Positions 9,663 to 18,226 of a stretch of 64,000 nucleotides of DNA are shown piece after piece. Each line of letters starts with the position of its first letter. The first letter of the stretch is position 1. A program made the translations under genes and the position numbers. Location: positions 1,585-65,584 of the forward strand of contig JAHFJH010000003.1 of assembly GCA_023245995.1 (NCBI GenBank). The letters are read 5' to 3'. Under the pieces are notes generated by a model. The model saw only the letters and a list, made by a program, of their open reading frames with translations, was not told the DNA's origin and searched no databases. The stretch comes from Candidatus Doudnabacteria bacterium (GTDB lineage Bacteria > Patescibacteriota > Doudnabacteria > UBA920).

Positions 9663-10271
9663 CTAGAAAAAATTAATGCCAAGCAATCGAGAAAACCAAA
9701 GTATTACGGGAACTAATACACGGTCTAAAATGCCGAGATAGAGGAAAATAAATACAAGTATAAAACCAAAACGTTCATAAGAAAGTATTTTATACATCCA
9801 CTCTTCTGGCGCAAAAGCTGCTAACACTTTACTGCCATCTAGCGGCGGAATGGGAATAAGGTTAAATGTACCCAAAACTAAGTTTATTAGCACCGCTTGA
9901 ATAAGTACAGTGACTGCAAAACCTGAAAAAAATCCGGTTTTTAAAATAATCGCAAAAATAATTGCCAGACCAAAGTTAGAAAGCGGACCAGCCAAAGACA
10001 CTAGCACCATACCCAGTCTTCTTGGTTGCAAGTTGTAAAAATTTACCGGCACAGGTTTTGCAGCACCCAAAATAACAGGACTACCAACTAGCATTAAAAC
10101 TAGCGGTAACATTATAGACCCAAACGGGTCTATATGCGGTATGGGATTTAGGGTAATTCTCCCCTCAAGGCGAGCAGTATCGTCGCCAAACTTCTCCGCC
10201 ACAGCCCCATGCATAACTTCGTGCACTATGGCCGAAAATATTAATATAACTAGTTGGATTATGTAGGACAT
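9663..10271 (-). CDS. site-2 protease family (peptidase M50) membrane metalloprotease
   Basis: HEVMHG (HExxH) in TM1 and the NLIPIPPLDGS motif, which is the M50 'LDG' signature. 202 aa, polytopic. Confidence 0.8.
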   Translation of the reverse strand: MSYIIQLVILIFSAIVHEVMHGAVAEKFGDDTARLEGRITLNPIPHIDPFGSIMLPLVLMLVGSPVILGAAKPVPVNFYNLQPRRLGMVLVSLAGPLSNFGLAIIFAIILKTGFFSGFAVTVLIQAVLINLVLGTFNLIPIPPLDGSKVLAAFAPEEWMYKILSYERFGFILVFIFLYLGILDRVLVPVILWFSRLLGINFF

Positions 10272-10443
10272 AAAATAAATTTCTAGTTTCTCCTAATACT
10301 TGCCAAGTATATCAAAATATGGTAGATTTATCTAGCTACTATTACTAAATTATAACGGCGTGTAAGCATAGAGTTTCTAGAAAAAACCTTGCCAATTCGG
10401 CATTTTCTACACCCTATCCCCTATACGCTATACCCTAACTTCC

Positions 10444-10632
10444 ATGCCAAGAATGTGTACCGTATGCGGCAAAACCTACGCCCGTACCATAAAAAGAAGT
10501 CACTCCATGCGCGCCTCCATTGTACGCCTGCAACCCAATTTGCAATGGACCAGAGACGCAAAAGGCCAGCGCGTAAAAGCCTGCGCCAGATGCATTAAGA
10601 CTAAAACCAAGTCTGCCCGCGTGACTGCTTAA
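10444..10632 (+). CDS. rpmB: 50S ribosomal protein L28
   Basis: MPRMCTVCGKTYARTIKRSHSMRASIVRLQPNLQ... The C-x-x-C-GK...RSHS...PNLQ pattern is characteristic of L28. Confidence 0.85.
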   Translation: MPRMCTVCGKTYARTIKRSHSMRASIVRLQPNLQWTRDAKGQRVKACARCIKTKTKSARVTA

Positions 10633-10644
10633 CTATAAATAAAA

Positions 10645-10677
10645 AATACCGTTGGGTACCCAACGGTATTTTTTTAT
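10645..10677 (+). terminator. intrinsic terminator after rpmB
   Basis: aataccgttgg-gta-cccaacggtatt followed by ttttttt. Confidence 0.6.
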
Positions 10678-10727
10678 TGTATATACCAAACCCTAAAACA
10701 GGAACTCACAGATAAACATAGCAAGAA

Positions 10728-10991
10728 CTAATCTAACTCGTCCTCTTTGGGCTGTTCATGAAGTTGCTCTCTTATAGCTCTTATCTCAGCTTTTTTACTG
10801 TCAATTATTGCAATATCTGCCGCGACAGGATCCCCCATTGCGACCATACCTCTTACTTCCCTACGTAATACATCTATTCTTTTCCGCAATGCCTCATCTT
10901 CCGCGTTAAAGCCTTCTTGCTTCTCTAAGGCTCCGCTCAAAGTCCCATCCTGCGACTTTGTTTCAAGCCCAATCATACTTCTCCAACTCAT
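10728..10991 (-). CDS. hypothetical small charged protein
   Basis: 87-aa ORF with a helical, coiled-coil-like composition. No motif recognised. Confidence 0.35.
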   Translation of the reverse strand: MSWRSMIGLETKSQDGTLSGALEKQEGFNAEDEALRKRIDVLRREVRGMVAMGDPVAADIAIIDSKKAEIRAIREQLHEQPKEDELD

Positions 10992-11049
10992 ATAGGTAAT
11001 TTTAATGCTTAATCTACCACTTAAAGTATATCACTTCTAGCACAGCCCA

Positions 11050-11778
11050 TTACTCCACCATTTTTGAGATCTTTTCTACCATGGCTACAAACTGTTTGCT
11101 GTGCACGTTACGAGGTCGTGGAAACGGATTGTCTATTATTTTCTCTATAGTCCCAGGACGTGCTGTAAACACGGCTATACGGTCTGCCATAAGCAATGCC
11201 TCTTCCACCGAATGTGTAACCATAACCACTGTAACCTTGTGCTCCCGCCAAATTTTTAAAACCTCTTGCCGTAATTTTACTTCTGTAAACGTGTCTAGCG
11301 CAGAAAAAGGTTCATCAAAAAAAATAATTTTCGGACTCATGGCCAAAGCTCGGGCAATTCCCACCCTTTGTTTCATACCCCCTGAAAGTTCTCGCGGATA
11401 AGCTCGCTCAAACCCTTGTAAACCCATTTCCGCTACCAAGTCTGCTACTATTCTATTTTTAAGACCACCGTGCACGTTGTTCATGTCCAAACCAAAACGA
11501 ATATTTTGCTCCACATTTAGCCACGGGAACAAAGCAAAGTCTTGAAATACAAAAGATATATTTGCATTTGTCTTTTTTACGCTCCCACTATCTGGTTCTT
11601 CTAAACCCGTTAATAAGCGCAACAAAGTAGACTTACCACTTCCCGAAGGTCCAAGTAACATTAAAAATTCGTACTCACGAACGTCTAAATTTATATCACG
11701 CAACACTTGTACACGTTTTTCGTCTTCGTCAAAATGCTTCGTGACATTTTTTACCTGAATTAGTATTTTTGGTTTCAT
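11050..11778 (-). CDS. ABC transporter ATP-binding protein (NitT/TauT-like)
   Basis: Walker A GPSGSGKST, signature LSGGMKQRV, Walker B IIFFDEPFSALD. Confidence 0.85.
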   Translation of the reverse strand: MKPKILIQVKNVTKHFDEDEKRVQVLRDINLDVREYEFLMLLGPSGSGKSTLLRLLTGLEEPDSGSVKKTNANISFVFQDFALFPWLNVEQNIRFGLDMNNVHGGLKNRIVADLVAEMGLQGFERAYPRELSGGMKQRVGIARALAMSPKIIFFDEPFSALDTFTEVKLRQEVLKIWREHKVTVVMVTHSVEEALLMADRIAVFTARPGTIEKIIDNPFPRPRNVHSKQFVAMVEKISKMVE

Positions 11779-11790
11779 TTTTATATTACT

Positions 11791-12534
11791 TTATTCGGTC
11801 AACATCTTATGACTCTTTTCTAGAAGTGGCAGCCAAATTATATGATTTAGTGCAAAAATAAATAAAAGCAAAGCCATTACACCAAAAAACACTGCATGCC
11901 CTGCGCTACTGTTACTACTAAAAAAATTGCCCAAACCGTGGTCCTTAAGTCCAACAATAATTTCTGCACCGACTACCGCTTCCCAACCCTCGCCAAGCCC
12001 GACTATGGAACCCGTAACTATTCCAGGAGCCGCAATTGGCAAAGCAAAATAAACTACCCGCTTCCAGCCCACAGCTCCATATACAGTAGCAGCTTCTTCC
12101 CAACCCGCTTTAATAAGTTTTTGAGAGCTAATAATTGCAAAAAGCATGGGCCATATTACTGTAATAATTAAAAAAATAATTACAGTAGTCTCGCTTGGGC
12201 CAAAAGTTGCAACTGCCAAGGGCAACATAGCAAATGTGGGAAAACTTTGTAGAACGTCGAACAGTGGCAACATAAAAGTACCAAGCTTCCCACGCGACAA
12301 AGTAACTCCGAGTACCACAGCTATGACTAGAGAAATAATATACGCGACAATTAGTCTAACCGCAGAGGCCAACAAGTCGCCTATAAAACTAACTTTGGCT
12401 TCGGCTGTAAGTGAGTCGATAAATAAAATAAAAATAAACGGCAATAGGACTATTAAAAATGCCCACAAAATATGTATTCTGCGTTTATATATTTTTAAGT
12501 ACCTATGAATCATACATATATCATAGCACGGCAT
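11791..12534 (-). CDS. ABC transporter permease (binding-protein-dependent type); start uncertain
   Basis: Polytopic protein, 13 nt from the ATPase gene. EAA-like region ...GAVGWKRVVYFALPIAAPGIVTG... Confidence 0.75.
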   Translation of the reverse strand: MPCYDICMIHRYLKIYKRRIHILWAFLIVLLPFIFILFIDSLTAEAKVSFIGDLLASAVRLIVAYIISLVIAVVLGVTLSRGKLGTFMLPLFDVLQSFPTFAMLPLAVATFGPSETTVIIFLIITVIWPMLFAIISSQKLIKAGWEEAATVYGAVGWKRVVYFALPIAAPGIVTGSIVGLGEGWEAVVGAEIIVGLKDHGLGNFFSSNSSAGHAVFFGVMALLLFIFALNHIIWLPLLEKSHKMLTE

Positions 12535-12711
12535 TCATAATAAAGTCGTCATCTCTAAAGATATTTTAGTAAAGCAATAAATTATGTAACTTCAATAAAA
12601 CTTGCACCGCCTTAGATGCACTACATACAAAACTTTATTGATCTAATTTTCTGAAAATATAAATAAAAAAACCTTTAAACAAAGGTTATATGCCATAAAA
12701 ACCCAAATACG

Positions 12712-13884
12712 CTACTTAATCTCTTTAACTATTTGTGAGCCACCAATTTTATAACGCTTACTTTTATAAATCTTTGAAATAATTAAATTAAGGAATGCAG
12801 TCATTAACAAAAGCAATACAAAATAGAGAGTACCAATCATAGTAAACTTTGGCAAAGTGTCTCGTCCCATGTACCCCAAAATTGCGGCAACCACACCTAT
12901 TGTGGTTATAACCTGCAAAGAAGCAATGTTATTTTTAGTTGTCTTAGCTTGTATGTCGGTAAAAGACTCTAAAGCCGATGACAAGTACTGCCTTGTCATA
13001 TCCCATAAATACTTAATATACTCGTGTGTGTCCTGCAGAGTCTCAAATTTAAACTGAAATAACGGGTTAAGATAGTCATCAATATTTTCTACGTCTGTAA
13101 TCTTCTGCCGAGTACGAATATACACACCCATTTGGTTAATGCGCGCACCAATTAAATCTATGGTCTTTTGTATGTCTATCAGCTCCCCGTGATATTTATC
13201 CACTTCGGTGCCGGCTATACTTCCCTTCTCCTTAATGCCTGCAATCTTTTCCCATATTACACGGTGTATAGTCAAGTACCTGTGTAATTGAGTTTTAAAC
13301 TCACGAAAAAATATTTGTGACTCTATAATTTCACGCGCCAAATTCTGATCTTTAAGGTTGTTTATTACTATGAGACCGGTGCCACGATACACCTCAACAC
13401 TTTTTGTTTTCAATGTGGAATATACTTCTTCTTTGAAAGAAGCATACAGTTTTTTTATGTCACCACCACCTGCTTCTTCAACTGTAAGTATGTACGGGAG
13501 TATCGTACGTATATTTGCTAACTCCTTCGGGACTGGCGCGCCCTTGCTAAATATTACTGAAAGCGCCTTAGAAAGCTTGGTGTCGTAATAAGTCTTAATT
13601 AGGTCAATATCACTGGCTAAATCTACAATATTTTTCTCTAAAATAATTAACCCATCTTCATATATTCTGTATTCAATACCTGAAATAGTAAGTACGCGTA
13701 TATACTCCAATTTGCCGTTCTCGCGGCTTATTTCCCTAATACCTACCAACTTCTGAACCCCAATTAGTTGTTGTTTGGAAAAACCAATTTGCGATTTACC
13801 ATACTTAAAAACGTCCCACACCTCCGTCAGATGCAATGTCGTACGCTGAAACCACCCTCCTATATAAACTCTGTTTATTTTCAT
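12712..13884 (-). CDS. hypothetical protein with a large soluble N-terminal domain and two C-terminal TM helices
   Basis: 390 aa. The C-terminal segments LQVITTIGVVAAILGYMG and IGTLYFVLLLLMTAFLNLIISKI are hydrophobic. Confidence 0.45.
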   Translation of the reverse strand: MKINRVYIGGWFQRTTLHLTEVWDVFKYGKSQIGFSKQQLIGVQKLVGIREISRENGKLEYIRVLTISGIEYRIYEDGLIILEKNIVDLASDIDLIKTYYDTKLSKALSVIFSKGAPVPKELANIRTILPYILTVEEAGGGDIKKLYASFKEEVYSTLKTKSVEVYRGTGLIVINNLKDQNLAREIIESQIFFREFKTQLHRYLTIHRVIWEKIAGIKEKGSIAGTEVDKYHGELIDIQKTIDLIGARINQMGVYIRTRQKITDVENIDDYLNPLFQFKFETLQDTHEYIKYLWDMTRQYLSSALESFTDIQAKTTKNNIASLQVITTIGVVAAILGYMGRDTLPKFTMIGTLYFVLLLLMTAFLNLIISKIYKSKRYKIGGSQIVKEIK

Positions 13885-13999
13885 GACAAGTTTATTTTTG
13901 TAACAAATCTTTTAGCAAACTACTAGTATATTACCATAAACAATACATAAACACAGAAACAATGCTTTGCAAGTGATAACTCCCCCAATGCTAAAACGA

Positions 14000-15658
14000 T
14001 TACTGTATACCAGACTCACTCAAGGTGCGTACACCAGCTTCGTAACCGCCAGTTTTAGCGCCTAAACAAAATAGTAATTTATACTTGTCGGTACCAGTCT
14101 GCAAATAGGTATAAGTATTTTTAGCAGGTGTACAAACACCATCCACTGGCAAGGGTGCTATTGGTAATTGTCCTATATATGTCGGAGTTAAATCCGAGAG
14201 TTTGGGCGGATAACTATTGTGATCGTTAAAATACAACTCAAGTGCAGAAGCTAATTGGCGCACATCTGCTAGTCTTTTTGCGTTCCTGGAGGCGCCTTTT
14301 GCACCCTCAATTTCTTTAGCTGTGTCAAAATAGTCTTTCGGTGCAGAAACAGTTTGGGCTTTCCCATAATCAAAAAACTCTAAATCAAAGTTAAAATTAG
14401 CACTAAACTCCAAAGCGCTTAGCAAGCTATTTATTCTATCAGTTATGGTTGCGGAAGTTAGCGGTTTGCAAGGCTTAGAATAGTCACCACACGCTTGTCT
14501 GTAACGCTCCATTTCCTTCTCACTCTCCGCCTCCATTGCTTTTGCAAAACTAGCAACAGAAGGTGCGTTACTCTGAAATACAATTTTATATACTTCTGCA
14601 TCACTCCTACCAACCCATATTTGCATGTCTTGAATTTCAAGCTTGTCTATAAGTCCATTCAAAAATGCGCGAGTGGTATTTTGAGTTTCCTTATCTTCGC
14701 TACCAAGTAACTTATCAATAAGATTATTTAGCGCGGTACGAACTTTTTCTTTTTTTATATTGGTTTTGTAGTGCAAGGTTTCAACGCCATGGACTTTATC
14801 TTTGCCAATATAGGTAGGGGTCTCCAAAAAACTTTCTTTCTTCCATTCCGTTACTAAGTCTTGCCAGTAGCGCTGATCTGACAGTTTGCTTACATCTGCC
14901 GTGCCACCCCCAACCTCCTGTAACTGCGCTAAATCTTTCGGATTTAAACTAACTTTTATCCAATCATATTTATGCGAATCTTGCACTCCCGAGGAGGTGG
15001 ACATGAGTCCAGACAAAAAAGGATTTTCCCCAATATTTACATAAAGAGCCTGCCCTACTATACGGTATTCAAATCCAGTAGAGAAACTGGTGTTTCCACT
15101 GGAAAGACTATATGTAAGCGTGCTCTCAGATTGCAACGCATCTAGACTATTTGCTCCGTTTGCGTACACTTTGCCACCAACAGCAACTTTAATATTTTTC
15201 AATACACCGCCAAAAGGACTTTCAGTTACATCACTACCCTTGTCTGTGTAATTAAAATTAAAATTAGCATGTATGGGTTTAGAAACAGTCTGACCCTGAA
15301 ATTTTGTCCAAACTTTAGAAGAACTTACCGGCAACCAAGATATAGAATACTTACCTGTATATTGAGCATAAGCCAAGCCACCAAAAGCAAAAATAACTAA
15401 TGCAATAACCGCAAACAACAAAACTCGTTTGCGCATACTTTTAACAGGAGCGCCTTCCAATGTTGACACCGGTGCAGGCGTTACAGCTTCTGGACTTGTA
15501 TGTGCTACTGCTTCCGATGTTGCTAAAGCCACAAAAGCCTCTTCTATGGCAGCCTCAGTTACTCCGGGTTGCGTACTTAGGTCGGTACGAATAGCAGAGT
15601 CGGTTTTACCTTGTGCACGAGTCTGCTTTATATAATCAACTATGTGTTGTTCGGCCAT
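14000..15658 (-). CDS. large membrane-anchored hypothetical protein with a C-terminal type IV pilin/pseudopilin-like globular domain
   Basis: Likely start is MAEQHIV at 15658, where the plus strand reads 'cat'. One TM helix (LLFAVIALVIFAFGGLAYA). The C-terminus NAKRLADVRQLASALELYFNDHNSYPPKLSDLTPTYIGQLPIAPLPVDG...YTY...YKLLFCLG resembles the GspG/ComGC-type pilin head but lacks the class-III signal. Confidence 0.5.
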   Translation of the reverse strand: MAEQHIVDYIKQTRAQGKTDSAIRTDLSTQPGVTEAAIEEAFVALATSEAVAHTSPEAVTPAPVSTLEGAPVKSMRKRVLLFAVIALVIFAFGGLAYAQYTGKYSISWLPVSSSKVWTKFQGQTVSKPIHANFNFNYTDKGSDVTESPFGGVLKNIKVAVGGKVYANGANSLDALQSESTLTYSLSSGNTSFSTGFEYRIVGQALYVNIGENPFLSGLMSTSSGVQDSHKYDWIKVSLNPKDLAQLQEVGGGTADVSKLSDQRYWQDLVTEWKKESFLETPTYIGKDKVHGVETLHYKTNIKKEKVRTALNNLIDKLLGSEDKETQNTTRAFLNGLIDKLEIQDMQIWVGRSDAEVYKIVFQSNAPSVASFAKAMEAESEKEMERYRQACGDYSKPCKPLTSATITDRINSLLSALEFSANFNFDLEFFDYGKAQTVSAPKDYFDTAKEIEGAKGASRNAKRLADVRQLASALELYFNDHNSYPPKLSDLTPTYIGQLPIAPLPVDGVCTPAKNTYTYLQTGTDKYKLLFCLGAKTGGYEAGVRTLSESGIQ

Positions 15659-15747
15659 ACGTATAGTATTTATAAATAATACTATAAGTGTAACACGCAA
15701 TATAAAACCCCGACTAATCGGGGTTTTATATTGCTTATAAATTAGCT

Positions 15748-17892
15748 TTAGCTAAAAATTAAGCGGAAAATATTTTTCTTTCTGTGTAAAACGTAACCGG
15801 CAGTCAATAGTCCTGCAAAAGCTATACCACTAAGGGCGTCGGTCATGCCACCAGTTTTTGGTGGAGTGTAAGATGGTGGAGGGTTAATAACTATGGTTAT
15901 AGTATTGCCAAAGGTGTTTACCATTTGGTAACTAATATTTGTAGACAAATAGTACTTTACGCGTACACGAAATGTCTTAGTTACTGTTCCATTTGCTGCA
16001 ATAGTTACTGCTGGGTAAGTAATTGTCTGCCCAGTAAGTGTTCCACCGCCAAGGTCTGTAACATCGGCCAACGGAAGCACGCCTGACAAATTATCGGAGA
16101 TAATATAATTTGGCGCTTCAGCATTACCGGTATTATTTACAGTCAACTTATAGGTAATAAAGTCCTCACGGCTGGCTGGAGTAGTTATGGCGTTTACATT
16201 CTTAGTGTCGTTCCATGCGCTCTTAGAAAGAGTAATGCTTGGGGCTCCGGAAATAGTACCGGTTACACATGAAGTATCGGAGACGCCAGTAGCGTTAGAA
16301 GCAGCAGTAGTTGCAGTGTTACACACATTTGTGTTAACGCTGACAGCGCTTGCAGCAGTGTACAAATACCCAACAACAATTTCTTGATTGGCAGCTAAAG
16401 TACCTGTAAAGTTTACTGCGCCATTATATAACTGGCCAGTGAAAGAACGAGTAGCGGTAAAGCTTCTAAAATCGGTAACTAAGTTTGATGGGTTTATAAG
16501 ATCGTTTAAGGTAACCCCAGTTGCATCTATGTTACCGGTATTACGAATGCGAACTTGGTATTCCAAAACGTCACCAGCTTTCACATTGCTTAAGTTTTCA
16601 GCAAATGGACCATTTTGTGTGACGTTGCGTACTAACTTTATTATAGACAAGCTAGTGTAGTTTTGAGTTACGTTTACGTTACAATTAACGGAATCATTGC
16701 CAGAATTTACTGTTACAGTTTTGTTACCAGCGGTAGCGTAACTTACTTGAGCACTAGCGTTGTTAACAGATGCTGTGGCTGTACCAGGTGTAGACCAAGA
16801 GTAAGTTCCAGTACCACCAGTTGCAGTAATAGTTACCACTTGGGCAATATTTGCAGCTTGGTTTGCAGGTGTACACACTAGCTTAGCTGGTGTTGGGGTT
16901 GGAGTAGGAGTTGGTGTAGGAGTTGGGGTTGGACAGTTTGAAGAAACATTAGTTTTAACTGTATTGCTAAAGACTAAAGTTTTAAAATTATTTAACTCAA
17001 GAGCTGAAATATTTGCAACGTTAACAATGTCTTTATTGGTACAATTAGCCAAGCTCTTTACTTTTACACGAATATTTACTTGTCCAGTTTGTCCTGGTGT
17101 GACTGTATTTGCGTTCCAGTACATGGTTCTTGTTGCAGAATCATACACTGCTTTATCTATATAACCAGCAGTAACATTGGCTGAATGGGTTTCGCTAACG
17201 TAGTCAACAAGTTCATCTAAATGGTCAACCAAACGAACACCACTACCTGTACAGCTGGCAGTTCCAGTATTTTTAAAATTTACAGTGTAGGTTAGTTCAT
17301 CACCTGGTTTTGCATTAGTTTTATCTACAGCCTTGGTTAGTTCCAACTGACACACGCCTACTGGTGTAGGAGTTGGTGTAGGGGTTGGAGTAGGAGTAGG
17401 TGTTACACAAACAACTTTTGTGGACATCATAGCCCAAGTCTGTGCATACGGATTTTGGGAAGAAACCTCAGCCTTAATAGGCATATCTGCTCCGCAGGTA
17501 GGATTACTTACTACTCGGAAAGTAAATTGCGTATTGACTGTTTTACCTGGGTCAATAGTGGCAATAGTACAAACCGAGGTAAGGTTTGACTGATCAAAAG
17601 TACAGGTGCTTCCCGTAGCTTTTACGAAGTTAAGGAAACCTGGGTTGTAGAGGTTGCTAATAGCAACACCGTTTAATACCACTGCACCAGGGTTTGTAAC
17701 AGCAACATTGTACACAACTTCTTGGTTCGGGCTCATTGTAGCCGGACCTGTCATTTGTGCAACAATAATTGAAGCTGTGTCTGCTTTAACAGGTGTATTT
17801 ACTGCAAAGGCAGAACCCAATATAAGACCAAAAGCGGCAACAAGCATTAAGCTTTTTGGACTTATTAAATTCTTCAGAGTTTGTAACATCAT
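15748..17892 (-). CDS. secreted cell-surface protein with DUF11-like repeats, two (TP)n linkers and a C-terminal sortase-type sorting signal
   Basis: N-terminal signal peptide. Repeated ...YxVxVxNxGxxxxxxVxLxDxL motifs (DUF11-like). TPTPTPTPTPTP appears twice. The C-terminus PPKTGGMTDALSGIAFAGLLTAGYVLHRKKN is an LPxTG-like motif followed by a hydrophobic segment and a basic tail. Confidence 0.7.
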   Translation of the reverse strand: MMLQTLKNLISPKSLMLVAAFGLILGSAFAVNTPVKADTASIIVAQMTGPATMSPNQEVVYNVAVTNPGAVVLNGVAISNLYNPGFLNFVKATGSTCTFDQSNLTSVCTIATIDPGKTVNTQFTFRVVSNPTCGADMPIKAEVSSQNPYAQTWAMMSTKVVCVTPTPTPTPTPTPTPVGVCQLELTKAVDKTNAKPGDELTYTVNFKNTGTASCTGSGVRLVDHLDELVDYVSETHSANVTAGYIDKAVYDSATRTMYWNANTVTPGQTGQVNIRVKVKSLANCTNKDIVNVANISALELNNFKTLVFSNTVKTNVSSNCPTPTPTPTPTPTPTPAKLVCTPANQAANIAQVVTITATGGTGTYSWSTPGTATASVNNASAQVSYATAGNKTVTVNSGNDSVNCNVNVTQNYTSLSIIKLVRNVTQNGPFAENLSNVKAGDVLEYQVRIRNTGNIDATGVTLNDLINPSNLVTDFRSFTATRSFTGQLYNGAVNFTGTLAANQEIVVGYLYTAASAVSVNTNVCNTATTAASNATGVSDTSCVTGTISGAPSITLSKSAWNDTKNVNAITTPASREDFITYKLTVNNTGNAEAPNYIISDNLSGVLPLADVTDLGGGTLTGQTITYPAVTIAANGTVTKTFRVRVKYYLSTNISYQMVNTFGNTITIVINPPPSYTPPKTGGMTDALSGIAFAGLLTAGYVLHRKKNIFRLIFS

Positions 17893-18226
17893 ATAATAGT
17901 TCTACTATTAGTAATTAATAACTAATAACTATACACTTTTTAACCAGTTTTGTCAACATCTTTTAATTGGCAAAATAAAGAAATTATGGCTTATATAAGC
18001 TATATATATAAATAATACAAAAATATTCAACATATTTTTGTTAAAAATTCGTTAAACTTTTGTCCACCTTATAACCTAATACGGAGTTAAAAAATTACAA
18101 TTTTTACTATTTAGAAATCACTAATATGAAAAGCGCCCATAGCGCAGACCAAAAACTTTCATAAACACTATTACTTTTGAATATTACGCACAAATATTTT
18201 AAAAATGCGTTACAATATATAAAGTT

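Noticed and set aside
12712-13884. CorA-type Mg2+ transporter call for the 390-aa protein, based on the large N-terminal domain plus two C-terminal TM helices
   Set aside because: The diagnostic GMN motif is absent (GYMGRD instead). It is kept as hypothetical with a CorA-like topology only.
16870-17400. (ACN CCN)n runs read as tandem DNA repeats, or a mobile element, inside the surface-protein gene
   Set aside because: They simply encode the TPTPTP linkers of one continuous ORF. No repeat-flanked mobile structure is present.
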